From Eledone cirrhosa (Eukaryota): a stretch of 64,000 nt of DNA. The notes beneath the pieces are model-generated. The model had not been told where the DNA came from. It saw only the letters and a program-made list of their open reading frames with translations, and made no database searches. A program made the position numbers and the translations under genes. Location: the NCBI GenBank assembly GCA_964016885.1, contig OZ024744.1:75888001-75952000 (forward strand). Direction: 5' to 3'. Below, piece after piece: positions 13,375-27,444 of this stretch (its first letter is position 1; each line of letters opens with the position of its first letter).

Positions 13375-14162
13375 TCTCTATATATAAAACAGAGGATGTC
13401 TGTGTGTCTGTTTCCCTAAAACTCGAGAAGTACCCAACTGGTTTTTTTCAAACTTTATACATGTAACTCGTATGACCCCGGAAGTGTTTTGAGCAAAAAC
13501 AATTTCAAATTTTCAATGCCCTAGGGACCGCATTAGGCGATTTAGCGATCTCTTTCTCTTTCTCTTAGTCTTTCTCTTTTTAGATAGATACATAGATATG
13601 ACGTCGCGCCTTCATAATATCTGTCTGTATGCCTGACTGTCTGCATTACGTCATTATGACGCGATCAGTGTGTGTGTATATATATTCTTATGCCAGGGAA
13701 CGTCTTCACGAACCAAAGTATCGTCTTCCTGTTTTCCAGATTGATTTTTTTAGTTTAAGAAGATCCCGTTAAGGTTGAAAGCAGCGATTCTTTGCTTAAA
13801 CATTAATATGTTATTTTAATATAGATATTCGTGTACAGATATTTTTGCATACACAAAAACAAAATATAAACAAACAAGGCCAAAGATTACATCAATTAGT
13901 CTTAGTGTATGTACTTCATACTGCTTTTAGGTAGAATATCCCGTTAAGGGTGAAAGCAGTGATTCTTTGCTTAAACTTTACTCTGTTATTTTAATATATA
14001 TATATATATATAAATATATATTTATGGACAGATATTTTTGCATACACAATAACAAAATATAAACAAACGTATTTATTTCACGAGGTTCGATAAGGATAAA
14101 TATATATCAAATATATAAGAACCCTATAGCAAATCCCGAGCAACGCCGGGCCATTCTGCTAG
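13375..14162 (+). mobile_element. Non-autonomous Helitron
   Basis: A|TCTCTATATATAAAAC start; CCCGAGCAACGCCGGG hairpin then CTAG|T; homologous to 15877-17211. Confidence 0.8.
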
Positions 14163-14549
14163 TATAATATAAAGACACCGAAATCTGAGAAGTAGTCTAG
14201 AACCAGTCAAAGAATTATTTAGAAGGAAATGAAAAAAGTGTTTCAACACAGAGAAATGATGGAGAATATTAAATGATATATATCACTAAAGGGTCAGAAT
14301 ATTCTTTATATTTTATTTATGGAATATATGATGTAAATACAGTTTAATAGAAAAAGAAAAAAAAATAGATTGAAAAGAAAGAATGGAATGTAAAATTTAA
14401 AAAATATAAAGAAAAAAGAAAAACCGAAAAAAGGGAGTAATGGCAAGGATACTAGTGTCACAGAATAATGGGGAGGTGGGGGGTGATTGGACTCTGAGCC
14501 TAGGGCGTGGCAGTAAAGGGACTGCGCCTCGCGGACAACACTGCAACAA

Positions 14550-15242
14550 TCTATACATAATATAAAAGAAAGGTGTTTATTGGTTGGCTGGTTGGTTTAA
14601 TCACACGAAAAGTACACACTCACACACACACACACAAATAGATGGACACACATCTAAAGAGAGAGAGACACACACAGAGGGTAAGGCAGAAAGAGAGAGA
14701 TAGGGCGTTACAGAAAGAGATACAGATACAGAAAGAGATACAATTTAAGTGTTAGATATTCAGACAGAGAGAGTGAGTGAGTGATGTCCCACAAAAGTAT
14801 CAGTTGAAGGTTTAACAATATTGTGTTAGCTTTTATAAAGTAGTTTTACAGTCTTTGATTTTTACAGAACAAAGAAAAGTTGATACTATTTGAAATTAAT
14901 TTACCCTCCAGCTTTTATCCATATACTACTTACAGTCTGTACTAACAAAGCAACACTTCAGAAGCAATGTTATGCGGTATATTGTTGTATTTCAGATGAT
15001 GTCCTTTGGAACTGAAAAAGATCATACTGACTTTGGTTATTTCACAACATTTAAAATCCAAGGCCGATGTTACCATTTAATCGGCAGTATACTCCCCCAG
15101 CCTAATAAGGAAGTTTTATGATTGTCTCTCTCTCACATATACTCACACACACATTACGGTCTCACCTCATACCAGACAACACATTAAATACAATCGTTTA
15201 CTCTTAACTGTTCTCCCGGGCGAAACCGGGTACCTCAGCTAG
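14550..15242 (+). mobile_element. Non-autonomous Helitron retaining a Rep/Hel coding fragment
   Basis: A|TCTATAC start; CCCGGGCGAAACCGGG hairpin then CTAG|T; ~14990-15112 translates FQMMSFG...FTTFKIQGRCYHLIGSILP, resembling the Helitron Rep N-terminal motif. Confidence 0.82.
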
Positions 15243-15477
15243 TGAGAAATAAAATAATAGAAATAAATGCACAAGTTATTAGCTACAGCTTCAAAGTAAT
15301 ACACTGGAGGTTGATAGAAAAATGCAGGAAAATACTACGAGTGTTCCAAAATCGATGGAACTAGTATATAGGTATTGTGCACGGAAGGAGGATGGAGTCT
15401 GATACAAACTGAAATCTTACTATAGAGTAAAAACAATGAAACTAGAAACAATACATAGAAACAAACAAAAGAAAACT

Positions 15478-15666
15478 GATGATGGCATTGGCGGCTCACT
15501 TGTTGTTGTTGTTGAGGATGATGGTGGTGGTGGTGGTGGTGGTGGTGGTGGTGGTGGTAAGGATGATGATGATGGTGGTGGTGGTGGTGGTGGTGGTGAT
15601 GATGCTGATGATAATGGTGGTGATGATGGTGATGGTGATGATGATGATGATGATGATGATGATGAC
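15478..15666. repeat. Compound (GTT)/(GGT)/(GAT) microsatellite
   Basis: direct. Confidence 0.9.
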
Positions 15667-15876
15667 GGCAATGATGATCCCTGTTATTGGCCACAAGGAT
15701 CCGTGGCGTAGAGGACATCATAATTACCCCACAGAATATGGTTTACATCTAATGAAAATGGTCGAACTTCCCCCAAACAAAAATGACTTTAATCCTCTTT
15801 ATAGCGTCAGGTAAGAGAAAAGGAAATGTCGAACCTCAAAATGATCAATGCTTTATAGAATATAACCCAATTCTTA

Positions 15877-17211
<1,335 letters not shown>

Positions 17212-17365
17212 TAAAGACTAAATAAATCAAGGCACTCAGTCTCTACTACAATTACTCTTCCCACAAAACAACGAGAGAATCTCTCACTCACTGTCTGGCT
17301 GCTTGGCCCGCCTGAAAGAGTAGCCAAATCTCCCTGAAATCACATCCTATCACTACTTTTGGACA

Positions 17366-17538
17366 AGGAGGAGAAGAAGAAGAAGAAGGAGCAGGAGGAG
17401 GAGGAGGATGAGGAGGAGGAGGAGGAGGAGAAGAAGAAGAAGAAGAAGAAGAAGAAGAAGAAGAAGAAGAAGAAGAAGAAGAAGAAGAAGAAGAAGAAGA
17501 AGAAGAAGAAGAAGAAGAAGAAGAAGAAGAAGAAGAAG
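17366..17538. repeat. (GAG)/(GAA)n microsatellite
   Basis: direct. Confidence 0.95.
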
Positions 17539-17793
17539 GTAGCGTAAGAGATAAAGTGATCATGATTATGATTATGATCATCATCGTTGGCAGCAGTAGC
17601 ATTATTTTATGCAGATTTAACATTTATTCACGCAATCTATACGCAATCTAACGAAAAAAGAGAGAAAAAAAAAAAAAAAAAAAAAAAGCAACCATTGTAA
17701 AGGGGAACAACTTTGCACCGCGGATTTTGCGACTTACTGGCCTTCACCAAAGAAAAGAAAAAAAGTTGTTTAAAGCTTTAAGATTATCAATCC

Positions 17794-17881
<88 letters not shown>

Positions 17882-18389
17882 CACATGTATACACAAATAC
17901 ACCTCATTCTCAAATAAACAAACAAATATACTCATATACAGCCCCCATCCACCCCATCAAACTCGAACTCTCGACTGTCGAATAATCATCCACTTCTCCA
18001 CCGCTTAATAGTTTTTTAAGATTTGTCCAGCTCCCCAGCTTATTAAATTTTGCTAATCTGTCTCCGGCGAAATTTTATTTTCAGTGATAGCATTCCTGCA
18101 ACAATTAATTTTCTTTAAAAAATCATTATACATGACAAAAAGTTACATTTCTAGAAATCCCATAAGTTAGAAAATAAATAGGATGGATTGGAGTCTCAAT
18201 ATATAAACTAAACCAGTAATTCTAGTTTTTAAAATAAATCAAGGAAGACAACCTAGAAAAATTATCGATTTTTTCCAACCCCACAGCTTATCCCCCACTC
18301 CCATTATTTGGGACGCGTGAGTATAATTACATATAATGCTATGAACAACAGAAGCAGTACTTAGTACGTTGTAAAATTTTGATGTTAAT

Positions 18390-18793
18390 GAATCTTGGGT
18401 AATGATCGAAGGAATACGATCGTGAATAGAAGCGGCTGAAATAGGGTTCCTCCGAAAGGTCTTTGAGATCAGAGAGTCACTCCAGGTAGAGCCACTCCTT
18501 CTACGAATTGAGAGATCACAGCTCGGATACTATGGACATGTGGTTAGAATATCTCAGAAAAGAATCGCTGGATAGATTTTACGGGTAAAACCAGCAGATA
18601 GGAGACCCAGAGGTAGACCCCCAGCAAGATGGTTGGATAACCTCCATGAGCTTGGTTGGTCACTCTTGGAGATCTAGCTGGATCTATTGGAGGCGGTTGG
18701 TTCTGGCAGGAGCCGCTGAAAGGAGTGTTTGAGGACTCTGCCCCCATGACCCTCTGATGAATAAGTGGGCGATAAAAGAAGAAGAAAAAGAAG
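18390..18793 (+). mobile_element. RTE-clade LINE 3' fragment
   Basis: ESWVM...IEAAEIGFLRKV, PLLLRIERSQLGYYGHVVR, RRPRGRP; short (GAA) tail. Confidence 0.7.
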
Positions 18794-18848
18794 AGTGTGT
18801 GCATATGTGTGTGTATGAGGTGGTGGTGGCGGTGGTGGTGGTGGTGGT

Positions 18849-18910
<62 letters not shown>

Positions 18911-19769
18911 CGAGTTGGCCTCCGAGGAATTTGAACTGAGAACGTTCAGATGGTGGAACAAATATCGCAAAGCTTTCGTTCGACGCTCAAATGATTCTAC
19001 TAATCAATAATATCATGTCCGATCTTGTCCACGGGGCGCAGCCCCAGCACTGGACGCTCTAGGCTTCGAGTCCATCCCCCTCCTCATCGCCCTCCTAAGC
19101 TTCTGTGACCCTACAGTCCTTGCCTTTTCCTCCATTTTCCGTTTTTAAATATTTGTAGTGTTGCTGTTATTTGAAATAAATTTACTCTTTTACTCTTTCA
19201 ACTGTTCCAGCGATCCAGGCAAGGACATGCTGGGGCACCACCCTTGATGACTTTTTAAAATATTTTTTATTAATAATAACTTATTTAATTGTTTTAACCA
19301 AGTGAATTCAATTGAATCATGTCATGTTGAACCCCACCTCCACCTTCACCGCAACACCTTCATAACGAACATATATATAAGACATTTTGACAGAAAATTC
19401 ACATAAATTCAAACTGCGCACAGAATATATGAAAAAAAACTTTTTTGATATTTAATATTTGATAAAATTGACATACCCATCGAAACCGGTTATATCTGAC
19501 AAAATTTAAATCCATTTAATTTAACAACTATAGAATAATTATGTCGGCTTAAAGAAAAAATAATTTTTTTTAAAAATATATTAAAGTAGGGTTATGTAAG
19601 GAAAGTAACTCTTGCACCAGACATCAATTATTATCTCCCTTGCTTTTATAACTTCATTCAGATTGTCACTAAATTTTTTATTTGAAAATATTTTGTTTCG
19701 GACGGTAAGATATAATTTCAGAGAGGTTTAGCTGTTTTGTTACAACTATGACTATAATAATAATAATAA

Positions 19770-19893
19770 TATTGGTTTCTATATTTGGCACAAGGCCAGC
19801 AATTTGAAGGGAAGGAGAAAATCAATTAAATCGACACCAGTGGGTTACTAGTACTTTATTTTACCCACCTCGTAAGGTTTAAAACCAAAGTTA
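19770..19893 (-). mobile_element. Partial SINE (family of 42277)
   Basis: Shares CACAAGGCCAGCAAT and GTACTTTATTTT segments with 32122-32500. Confidence 0.6.
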
Positions 19894-19945
19894 ATATACG
19901 CATTCAATCATTCATTGGACAAACCATCGGTGAGAAAACACGCAT

Positions 19946-19990
<45 letters not shown>

Positions 19991-20023
19991 ATTAGTTATG
20001 TAATAAATAACATAAGGTAATTA

Positions 20024-20084
20024 TTTCATTTATCAGTGGTTTCTTGAAAGCAAACAAATTTTGCTTTCAATCATCAGAATGAAA
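20024..20084 (-). ncRNA. Type I hammerhead motif (family b)
   Basis: TTTCATT-CTGATGA-TTGAAAGCAAA..TTTGCTTTCAA-GAAA-CCACTG-ATA-AATGAAA; stems I and II perfect, stem III imperfect. Confidence 0.7.
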
Positions 20085-20264
20085 AAACCTGGTGTATTTA
20101 TTGACATTGGATTTTAAAAACAAAAATATAATCTATATGAAAGTGAGGCTGGAAAAGGAAGAATAAAAGGAAAAATAAACGCACATGTACACACACACAT
20201 ATACATACACACGCACATATACATACACAATACATATACATACATATATATATATACATATATT

Positions 20265-20302
<38 letters not shown>

Positions 20303-20308
20303 TATATG

Positions 20309-20401
<93 letters not shown>

Positions 20402-20521
20402 GCATATATACACACATACATACACGTACAAATACACATACATATACATATACATACATACACACATATATATCCACATATCCATACATACACATACACA
20501 CAAATACACAAACACACACAC

Positions 20522-20565
<44 letters not shown>

Positions 20566-20611
20566 GAAAGGTATAGAAAGTATTGTAGCAAGAAGCCAAC
20601 AGTATTCCATA

Positions 20612-20642
<31 letters not shown>

Positions 20643-20845
20643 AAGTATGTACACGTACATACATATATGTATACAGACGTACAGTAGTATGTATATATAT
20701 ATATACATACATGCACACATATATATGTATGTACGTATGGATTCACCGAACATTTATTATAATGCTCGGTGTGTTTGTAAACAAACATCCCGTATTAAGC
20801 CGTAGTGTCTAGCAACCATCGTTGCTCGTTTGTTCAACACTGACA

Positions 20846-20886
20846 AAGGTACTAGTTTCAAGCTTATTAGCTATCGTCAGCAACAT
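20846..20886 (-). ncRNA. Minimal hammerhead motif (family c), 3' arm of stem I lost
   Basis: GTTG-CTGACGA-TAGCTaataAGCTT-GAAA-CTAG-TA. Confidence 0.6.
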
Positions 20887-21077
20887 ATACCATCCTGCCA
20901 GATTGTTGAACGTATATACTTACCTTATGCATATTAACGGCTGAGTAGCCCAATTTGCAGGATGTTTGTTTACAAACACACCGAGCATTATAATAAATGT
21001 TCGGTGAATCCATACGTACATATATTTAAATGAAATAACAGGAGGCTGGACTGGTGTAAATCCTTGAAAGGTTTATT

Positions 21078-21135
21078 ATACTATGATCATTTCAATGACC
21101 GGGTTCCATATGAATCCGGTGATATCATCAGGTAT
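21078..21135 (-). ncRNA. Type I hammerhead motif (family d)
   Basis: ATAC-CTGATGA-tatcACCGG..CCGGTcatt-GAAA-TGATCA-TA-GTAT; palindromic stem III. Confidence 0.7.
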
Positions 21136-21390
21136 TGGAATATAACAAAGGAATATGTAAAAAGCCATGGGTCCGAAAAACCATGGGTCCGAGAAACCAG
21201 AGACGAACACACCTTAAGATATATATATATATATGTGTATATATATATGTATGTATATGTATTGTGTATGTATATGTGTGTCTGTGCATGTGTGTTTATT
21301 TTTATTTTCCTTCTTCCTTTTCCAGCCTCACTTTCATATAGATTATATTTTTGTTTTTAAAATCCAATGTCAATAAATACACCAGGATTT

Positions 21391-21451
21391 TTTCATTCTG
21401 ATATTTGAAAGCAAAATTTGTTTGCTTTCAAGAAACCACTGATAAATGAAA
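21391..21451 (+). ncRNA. Degenerate hammerhead (family b), core mutated to CTGATAT
   Basis: Inverted copy of 20024-20084. Confidence 0.5.
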
Positions 21452-22000
21452 TAATTACCTTATGTTGTTTATTACATAACTATTAAGCTCTGTAACCTAC
21501 ATAGAGCACTTTTTTTCCTGGACCTTTCCGACGGAATTACTTCATATATATATATATAATTAGAATTGGTGCTCTGGAATAGCGATATATATATATATGA
21601 ATGTATATATAGTGTATTTTGTAATACACTGTATGCTTAATTAAAAGCATTCTGAAGACCTTACGCTATTGTTTTAAAGTAGTGACTATGTCACTTACTT
21701 CTACTTTCAGCAAACAAGGGGAGATAAGCTGACAGAGCTCTGTTTCGTACTTGTTGGTACTTATCAAAGCTAAGCACTCCTCCTGTTTGCTGAAAATTAT
21801 GAATGTTGGATGTATATACATTCATATATATATCGCTATTTCAGAGAACCAATTCTAATTTTCAATTTCTGCTGGACCGGCAACCGGTCTGTATAACCAG
21901 TTCCTGATTATTACTGGAATTCTATAAGAATCCCACATTTATAATTTTCAGCAAACAGGAAGAGTGCTGAGCTTTGATAAGTACCAAGATGTCAGCTTAT

Positions 22001-22474
22001 CTTCCTGTTTTATGTGAAAAAAGTGGTTTGGGAGGCATTAAGATTTGGTTGGTTGTCGAATGTCACGTGAATAAGCACTATAAATTTCGCGCCAATTCAT
22101 GTTGCAAACATTCTTGTAGTCAAAACAATTTTGATTGGTCGGTAGAAGTCACGTGAATGTTTAAATTGATTTGAGCGGGAGCTGGTTTAGCGCCAAATGT
22201 AGGTTTGTCGAAGAGTGTCCTTTTCCGCTTGATTGAGTTGCAGTCATGTTGAGAGGTTTCAACAGTTCAGGTGTCTATTAAGACAAATAAGTGTGTGTGT
22301 GTGTGTGTAGCAAAGTGGTTCATTGTTGTGATAATGGAAATGAATCGGTCAGTAGGAATGTGTGTGTACGTGTGTGTGAGAATTTTGCAATACGAATTGG
22401 CGCGAAATTTATAGTGCTTATTCACGTGACATTCAACAACCAACCAAGCCACTTTTTTCCCATAAAACAGGAAG
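22001..22474. mobile_element. Fold-back or MITE-like element with ~100-bp inverted arms
   Basis: 22001-22108 is an imperfect reverse complement of 22384-22474. Confidence 0.6.
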
Positions 22475-22682
22475 AATTTTCCAAACTGATCAGATTAGAG
22501 CAAAAATCACGAGCACTCTATCTCAAAATTATTTTTGAAAAGCATAAGAAATGCGCAACCGGTAAAAACTTAAAACTAAAACTGAATACTAACTAATACT
22601 TATTACTAATTTATACCTATTCCTAATTAAACTATTTTTCACTGGGAAAAATTTGTCACCATTTTCTTTTCCTTTTTACTAC

Positions 22683-22773
<91 letters not shown>

Positions 22774-22984
22774 AAAAACAAGCGTTTTAAGGCTACTTTC
22801 CCCGACAGTGCGGGATTTTAGATTTACAGGCTGCATGATTGGCTTCACATTCATCAAAACTCCTTTTTGAGAGAGAGAGAGGGGGAGGGGGGGGGGGGTG
22901 ACAGCTCATACCTATGCAGGTTTAGCTGGCCTCCTCCAAGGTGCATCTCGTTGGAGGTGTCTTGGTTAATTAAATGATAGGAAC

Positions 22985-23143
22985 CGCAGTCCCTATCATC
23001 TCATTTCTACAGCTGAGTAAACTGGAGCAATGTGAAATAAAGTGTCTTGCTCAAGGAAACAACACATCACCCGGTCTGAGAATTGAACTCACAACCCTTC
23101 GATTGCAAGCCCAATGCTCTAACCACTAAACCCTGCGCCTTCA
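22985..23143 (-). mobile_element. tRNA-derived SINE with CORE-like segment
   Basis: Minus strand: A box TAGTGGTTAG, B box GAGTTCAATTC, then TCCTTGAGCAAGACACTT. Confidence 0.7.
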
Positions 23144-23276
23144 CGAGAGAGAGAGAGAGAGAGACTGCGTGTATGTGTGTGTAAAAAAAAGAGACCAGCG
23201 GACAAACGAACAGATAGATAGATATGTATATTAATGACCATAAACATTTACTGAGGTCTCAATATATATGCGGGTG

Positions 23277-23376
<100 letters not shown>

Positions 23377-23576
23377 TCCTCCTGTCTGTGTCTGCTTACG
23401 CTCACTTTTTGTTAATGAAGGAAAACCAAAATCTCATCTGATGGCATCCCGTCTCAAACACACACATAGTCTCAACCACACGCACACACACACGCATATA
23501 TCCGGGTGCTTCCAATCGACATGGTCGCATTCTTTAAGGGTATGTCAATATTTGTTTATAAAACTGATCTATATTA

Positions 23577-23641
23577 TATTTTATCTGATGAAAGAACACC
23601 ATAATTTGCTTTGGTGTCCTTGAAATATGTATAATGAAATA
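23577..23641 (+). ncRNA. Minimal type I hammerhead (family e)
   Basis: TATTTTAT-CTGATGA-AAGaACACCA..TGGTGTcCTT-GAAA-TATGTA-TA-ATGAAATA. Confidence 0.85.
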
Positions 23642-23958
23642 AATATGGTTTTATAAATATAGTTTCCATTTGTTAATATATTGTATATATATATATATAT
23701 TATTCAAAATATTAATAAATGAAGACATTCACATAATCAAAATATATGTTTTATTTCACCTCCTCCTTTCTTTCTCTCCCCTCTATTTCTCTGTGTTTTC
23801 TTTACCTCCGTTTCTTCTTTCTCTCCGTCTTTTTTCGAACTGTGCTTAACACTATAACTAAATAATTATAAACAAATCACTACCCAGACAGCTTCCTAAT
23901 TTAATGGTCGCTTATAATATGGTACGTCAAAATTATTTATAAAACTGTTTATATATTG

Positions 23959-24024
23959 TATTTTATCTGACGAAGGCATGCCATATTTTTAATATGGTAT
24001 CCCTGAAATATGTATAATGAAATA
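23959..24024 (+). ncRNA. Minimal type I hammerhead (family e), 382 bp after the first
   Basis: TATTTTAT-CTGACGA-AGGcATGCCATA..TATGGTATcCCT-GAAA-TATGTA-TA-ATGAAATA. Confidence 0.85.
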
Positions 24025-24065
24025 AATATGGTTTTATAAATATAGTTTCCATTTGTTTAATATCG

Positions 24066-24137
24066 TATGTTTTATTATATATATTTCGGAGGTATTGTGC
24101 TGTTTTTTCAGTACGTCCTCATCAGATAAAATACATA
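24066..24137 (-). ncRNA. Minimal type I hammerhead (family f), minus strand
   Basis: TTTTAT-CTGATGA-GGA..TCC-GAAA-TATATA-TA-ATAAAA. Confidence 0.8.
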
Positions 24138-24197
24138 AATTGATGTATGACATACCTCAACTGTGTTGATGGTTCAATTCCAGTCTTGGCAGTCATT

Positions 24198-24269
24198 TAT
24201 GTATTTTATCTGATGAGGATGTACTGAAAAAACAGCAGAGTACCTCCGAAATATATATAATAAAACATA
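24198..24269 (+). ncRNA. Minimal type I hammerhead (family f), plus strand
   Basis: TTTTAT-CTGATGA-GGAtGTACT..AGTACcTCC-GAAA-TATATA-TA-ATAAAA. Confidence 0.85.
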
Positions 24270-24406
24270 TATTTTGATTATGTGAATGTATCCATTTATT
24301 AATATATTGAATAATATTAATAACTCCAGAAAACTTCATTGTTGCGTGCTTTTAATCTATTGTAAAACTATATTCATTGTATAATGAACCTTGTTTACCA
24401 TTTGGT

Positions 24407-24524
<118 letters not shown>

Positions 24525-24645
24525 GGTAGCTAAGATGCGTCCATAGGCGGTATGCCGGTTGATCACTCTATGCTCCTAAGGAGCAGAATATGATAGAATG
24601 GAAAAGTAAAATTCAGTGATGCATCGGAACTCATTTTATTGTGTA

Positions 24646-27444
24646 CTAGCAGTAAAGCCCGGCGTTGCTCGGGGTCGCTCAGTAGCTGTGTTAAAGTTAC
24701 AATGTTAAGTTTCTTTATTGGCTTACAAACTGTAGTGTCTACTGTGTAGACTTGCATGTGGTGTTTTTGATTAATATTCCCTCAACCAACAATATGCCTT
24801 ATGAAGTTAAGAAAACATAACGATAACCCGAATGTTATAACAAAAGAGGATGCTGGGGATAAAAACTGCACTGGTTATTTATTAACAAAGATCGAAAATG
24901 TAAACACTGCAACGCAGAGAAAAACATTAGCGTAACCAAATTATCAGTTATGTCTGTCTGCACGCCTATATCACCTCTCTGCACGACTGTCTGTCTGCAC
25001 GCGTATATCACCTCTCTGCACGACTATCTGTCTGCACGCGTATATCACCTCTCTGCACGACTATCTGTCTGCACGCGTATATCACCTCTCTGCACGCCTA
25101 ACGAAATTTACAGATACATATATTTTAAATAAACTTATATAATTTTTGCTTTTTTTTACGAAATATTTGCTTGTTTTACGTAGTCTTTAAATAGACTTGT
25201 TTTCAAGTAAAAATATTGTTTTAAAAGGCTTTTAAATGGAAATGAAGCAAAACGGAAGCTTAGTGTTCGAACTGATGAATTTTGCAGGTCAAAATTTTGC
25301 TGGCTCGACAACTGTTCGTGTATTGTGTTAATGTCATTTTAAACGCTGAGAAAGCCAGCGTAATTTTTTTAATTTTTGCCAGCGTAATTTTTTTAATTTT
25401 TGCACGCAGAAAATGTAAAGAGAACGTAAGACGCTACGCTGAATGTAAACAGAACAAAGGGAAATCATTTTTTTAATTTTTGCACGCAGAAAATGTAAAG
25501 AGAACGTAAGACGCTACGCTGAATGTAAACAGAACAAAGGGAAATAACTCATCACTTACGCTCAAAAATCGATACATTATATTCGATTTCGTCAGATAGG
25601 GCGGGTCAATTTGAAATATTTTTTTCCGATGTCTTCGCTAGGGCTCAATGTACAAGTATAGCAATTTCGGTGCAATTCCGTGAGAGATTCTAAGAGGAGA
25701 TGTGTGCCAAAAATCGATAGAGAGACAGACAACCTCAGTTTTATATATATAGATGTCTGTCTGCACGCCTATATCACCTCTCTGCACGACTTCTGTCTGC
25801 ACGCCTATATCACCTCTCTGCACGACTGTCTGTCTGCACGCCTATATCACCTCTCTGCACGACTGTCTGTCTGCACGCCTATATCACCTCTCTGCACGAC
25901 TATCTGTCTGCACGCCTATATCACCTCTCTGCACGACTGTCTGTCTGCACGCGTATATCACCTCTCTGCACGCCTAACGAAATTTACAGATACATATATT
26001 TTAAATAAACTTATATAATTTTTGCTTTTTTTTTACGAAATATTTGCTTGTTTTACGTAGTCTTTAAATACACTTGTTTTCAAGTAAAAATATTGTTTTA
26101 AAAGGCTTTTAAATGGAAATGAAGCAAAACGGAAGCTCAGTGTTCGAACTGATGAATTTTGCAGGTCAAAATTTTGCTGGCTCGACAACTGCTCGTGTAT
26201 TGTGTTAATGTCATTTTAAACGCTGAGAAAGCCAGCGTAATTTTTCTAATTTTTGCCAGCGTAATTTTTTTAATTTTTGCACGCAGAAAATGTAAACAGA
26301 ACGTAAGACGCTACGCTGAATGTAAACAGAACAAAGGGAAATCATTTTTTTAATTTTTGCACGCAGAAAATGTAAAGAGAACGTAAGACGCTACGCTGAA
26401 TGTAAACAGAACAAAGGGAAATAACTCATCACTTACGCTCAAAAATCGATACATTATATTCGATTTCGTCAGATAGGGCGGGTCAATTTGAAATATTTTT
26501 TTTCCGATGTCTTCGCTAGGGCTCAATGTACAAGTATAGCAATTTCGGTGCAATTCCGTGAGAGATTCTAAGAGGAGATGTGTGCCAAAAATCGATAGAC
26601 AGACAGACAACCTCAGTTTTATATATATAGATGTCTGTCTGCACGCCTATATCACCTCTCTGCACGACTGTCTGTCTGCACGCCTATATCACCTCTCTGC
26701 ACGACTGTCTGTCTGCACGCCTATATCACCTCTCTGCACGACTGTCTCTCTGCACGACTGTCTGTCTGCACGCCTATATCACCTCTCTGCACGACTGTCT
26801 GTCTGCACGCCTATATCACCTCTCTGCACGACTGTCTGTCTGCACGCGTATATCACCTCTCTGCACGCCTAACGAAATTTACAGATACATATATTTTAAA
26901 TAAACTTATATAATTTTTGCTTTTTTTTACGAAATATTTGCTTGTTTTACGTGGTCTTTAAATAGACTTGTTTTCAAGTAAAAATATTGTTTTAAAAGGC
27001 TTTTAAATGGAAATGAAGCAAAACGGAAGCTTAGTGTTCGAACTGATGAATTTTGCAGGTCAAAATTTTGCTGGCTCGACAACTGTTCGAGTATTGTGTT
27101 AATGTCATTTTAAACGCTGAGAAAGCCAGCGTAATTTTTTTAATTTTTGCCAGCGTAATTTTTTTAATTTTTGCACGCAGAAAATGTAAAGAGAACGTAA
27201 GACGCTACGCTGAATGTAAACAGAACAAAGGGAAATAACTCATCACTTACGCTCAAATATCGATACATTATATTCGATTTCGTCAGATAGGGTGGGTCAA
27301 TTTGAAATATTTTTTTCTGATGTCTTCGCTAGGGCTCAATGTACAAGTATAGCAATTTCGGTGCAATTCCGTGAGAGATTCTAAGAGGAGATGTGTGCCA
27401 AAAATCGATAGACAGACAGACAACCTCAGTTTTATATATATAGA
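24646..27444 (-). mobile_element. Non-autonomous Helitron with three tandem ~0.8-0.88-kb 5' units and a 37-bp minisatellite
   Basis: Minus strand A|TCTATATATATAAAACTGAGG start occurs 3 times (27444, 26631, 25753); single CCCGAGCAACGCCGGG...CTAG|T end at 24646. Confidence 0.82.

Larger units (their letters stand above)
19992..21483. mobile_element. Composite non-coding fold-back element with ~200-bp inverted ends carrying hammerheads
   Basis: 19992-20190 is the reverse complement of ~21285-21483; internal IR 20730-20790/20960-21020. Confidence 0.65.

Noticed and set aside
20098-20805. [12 protein letters not shown] ORFs here and elsewhere
   Set aside because: Translations of dinucleotide microsatellites
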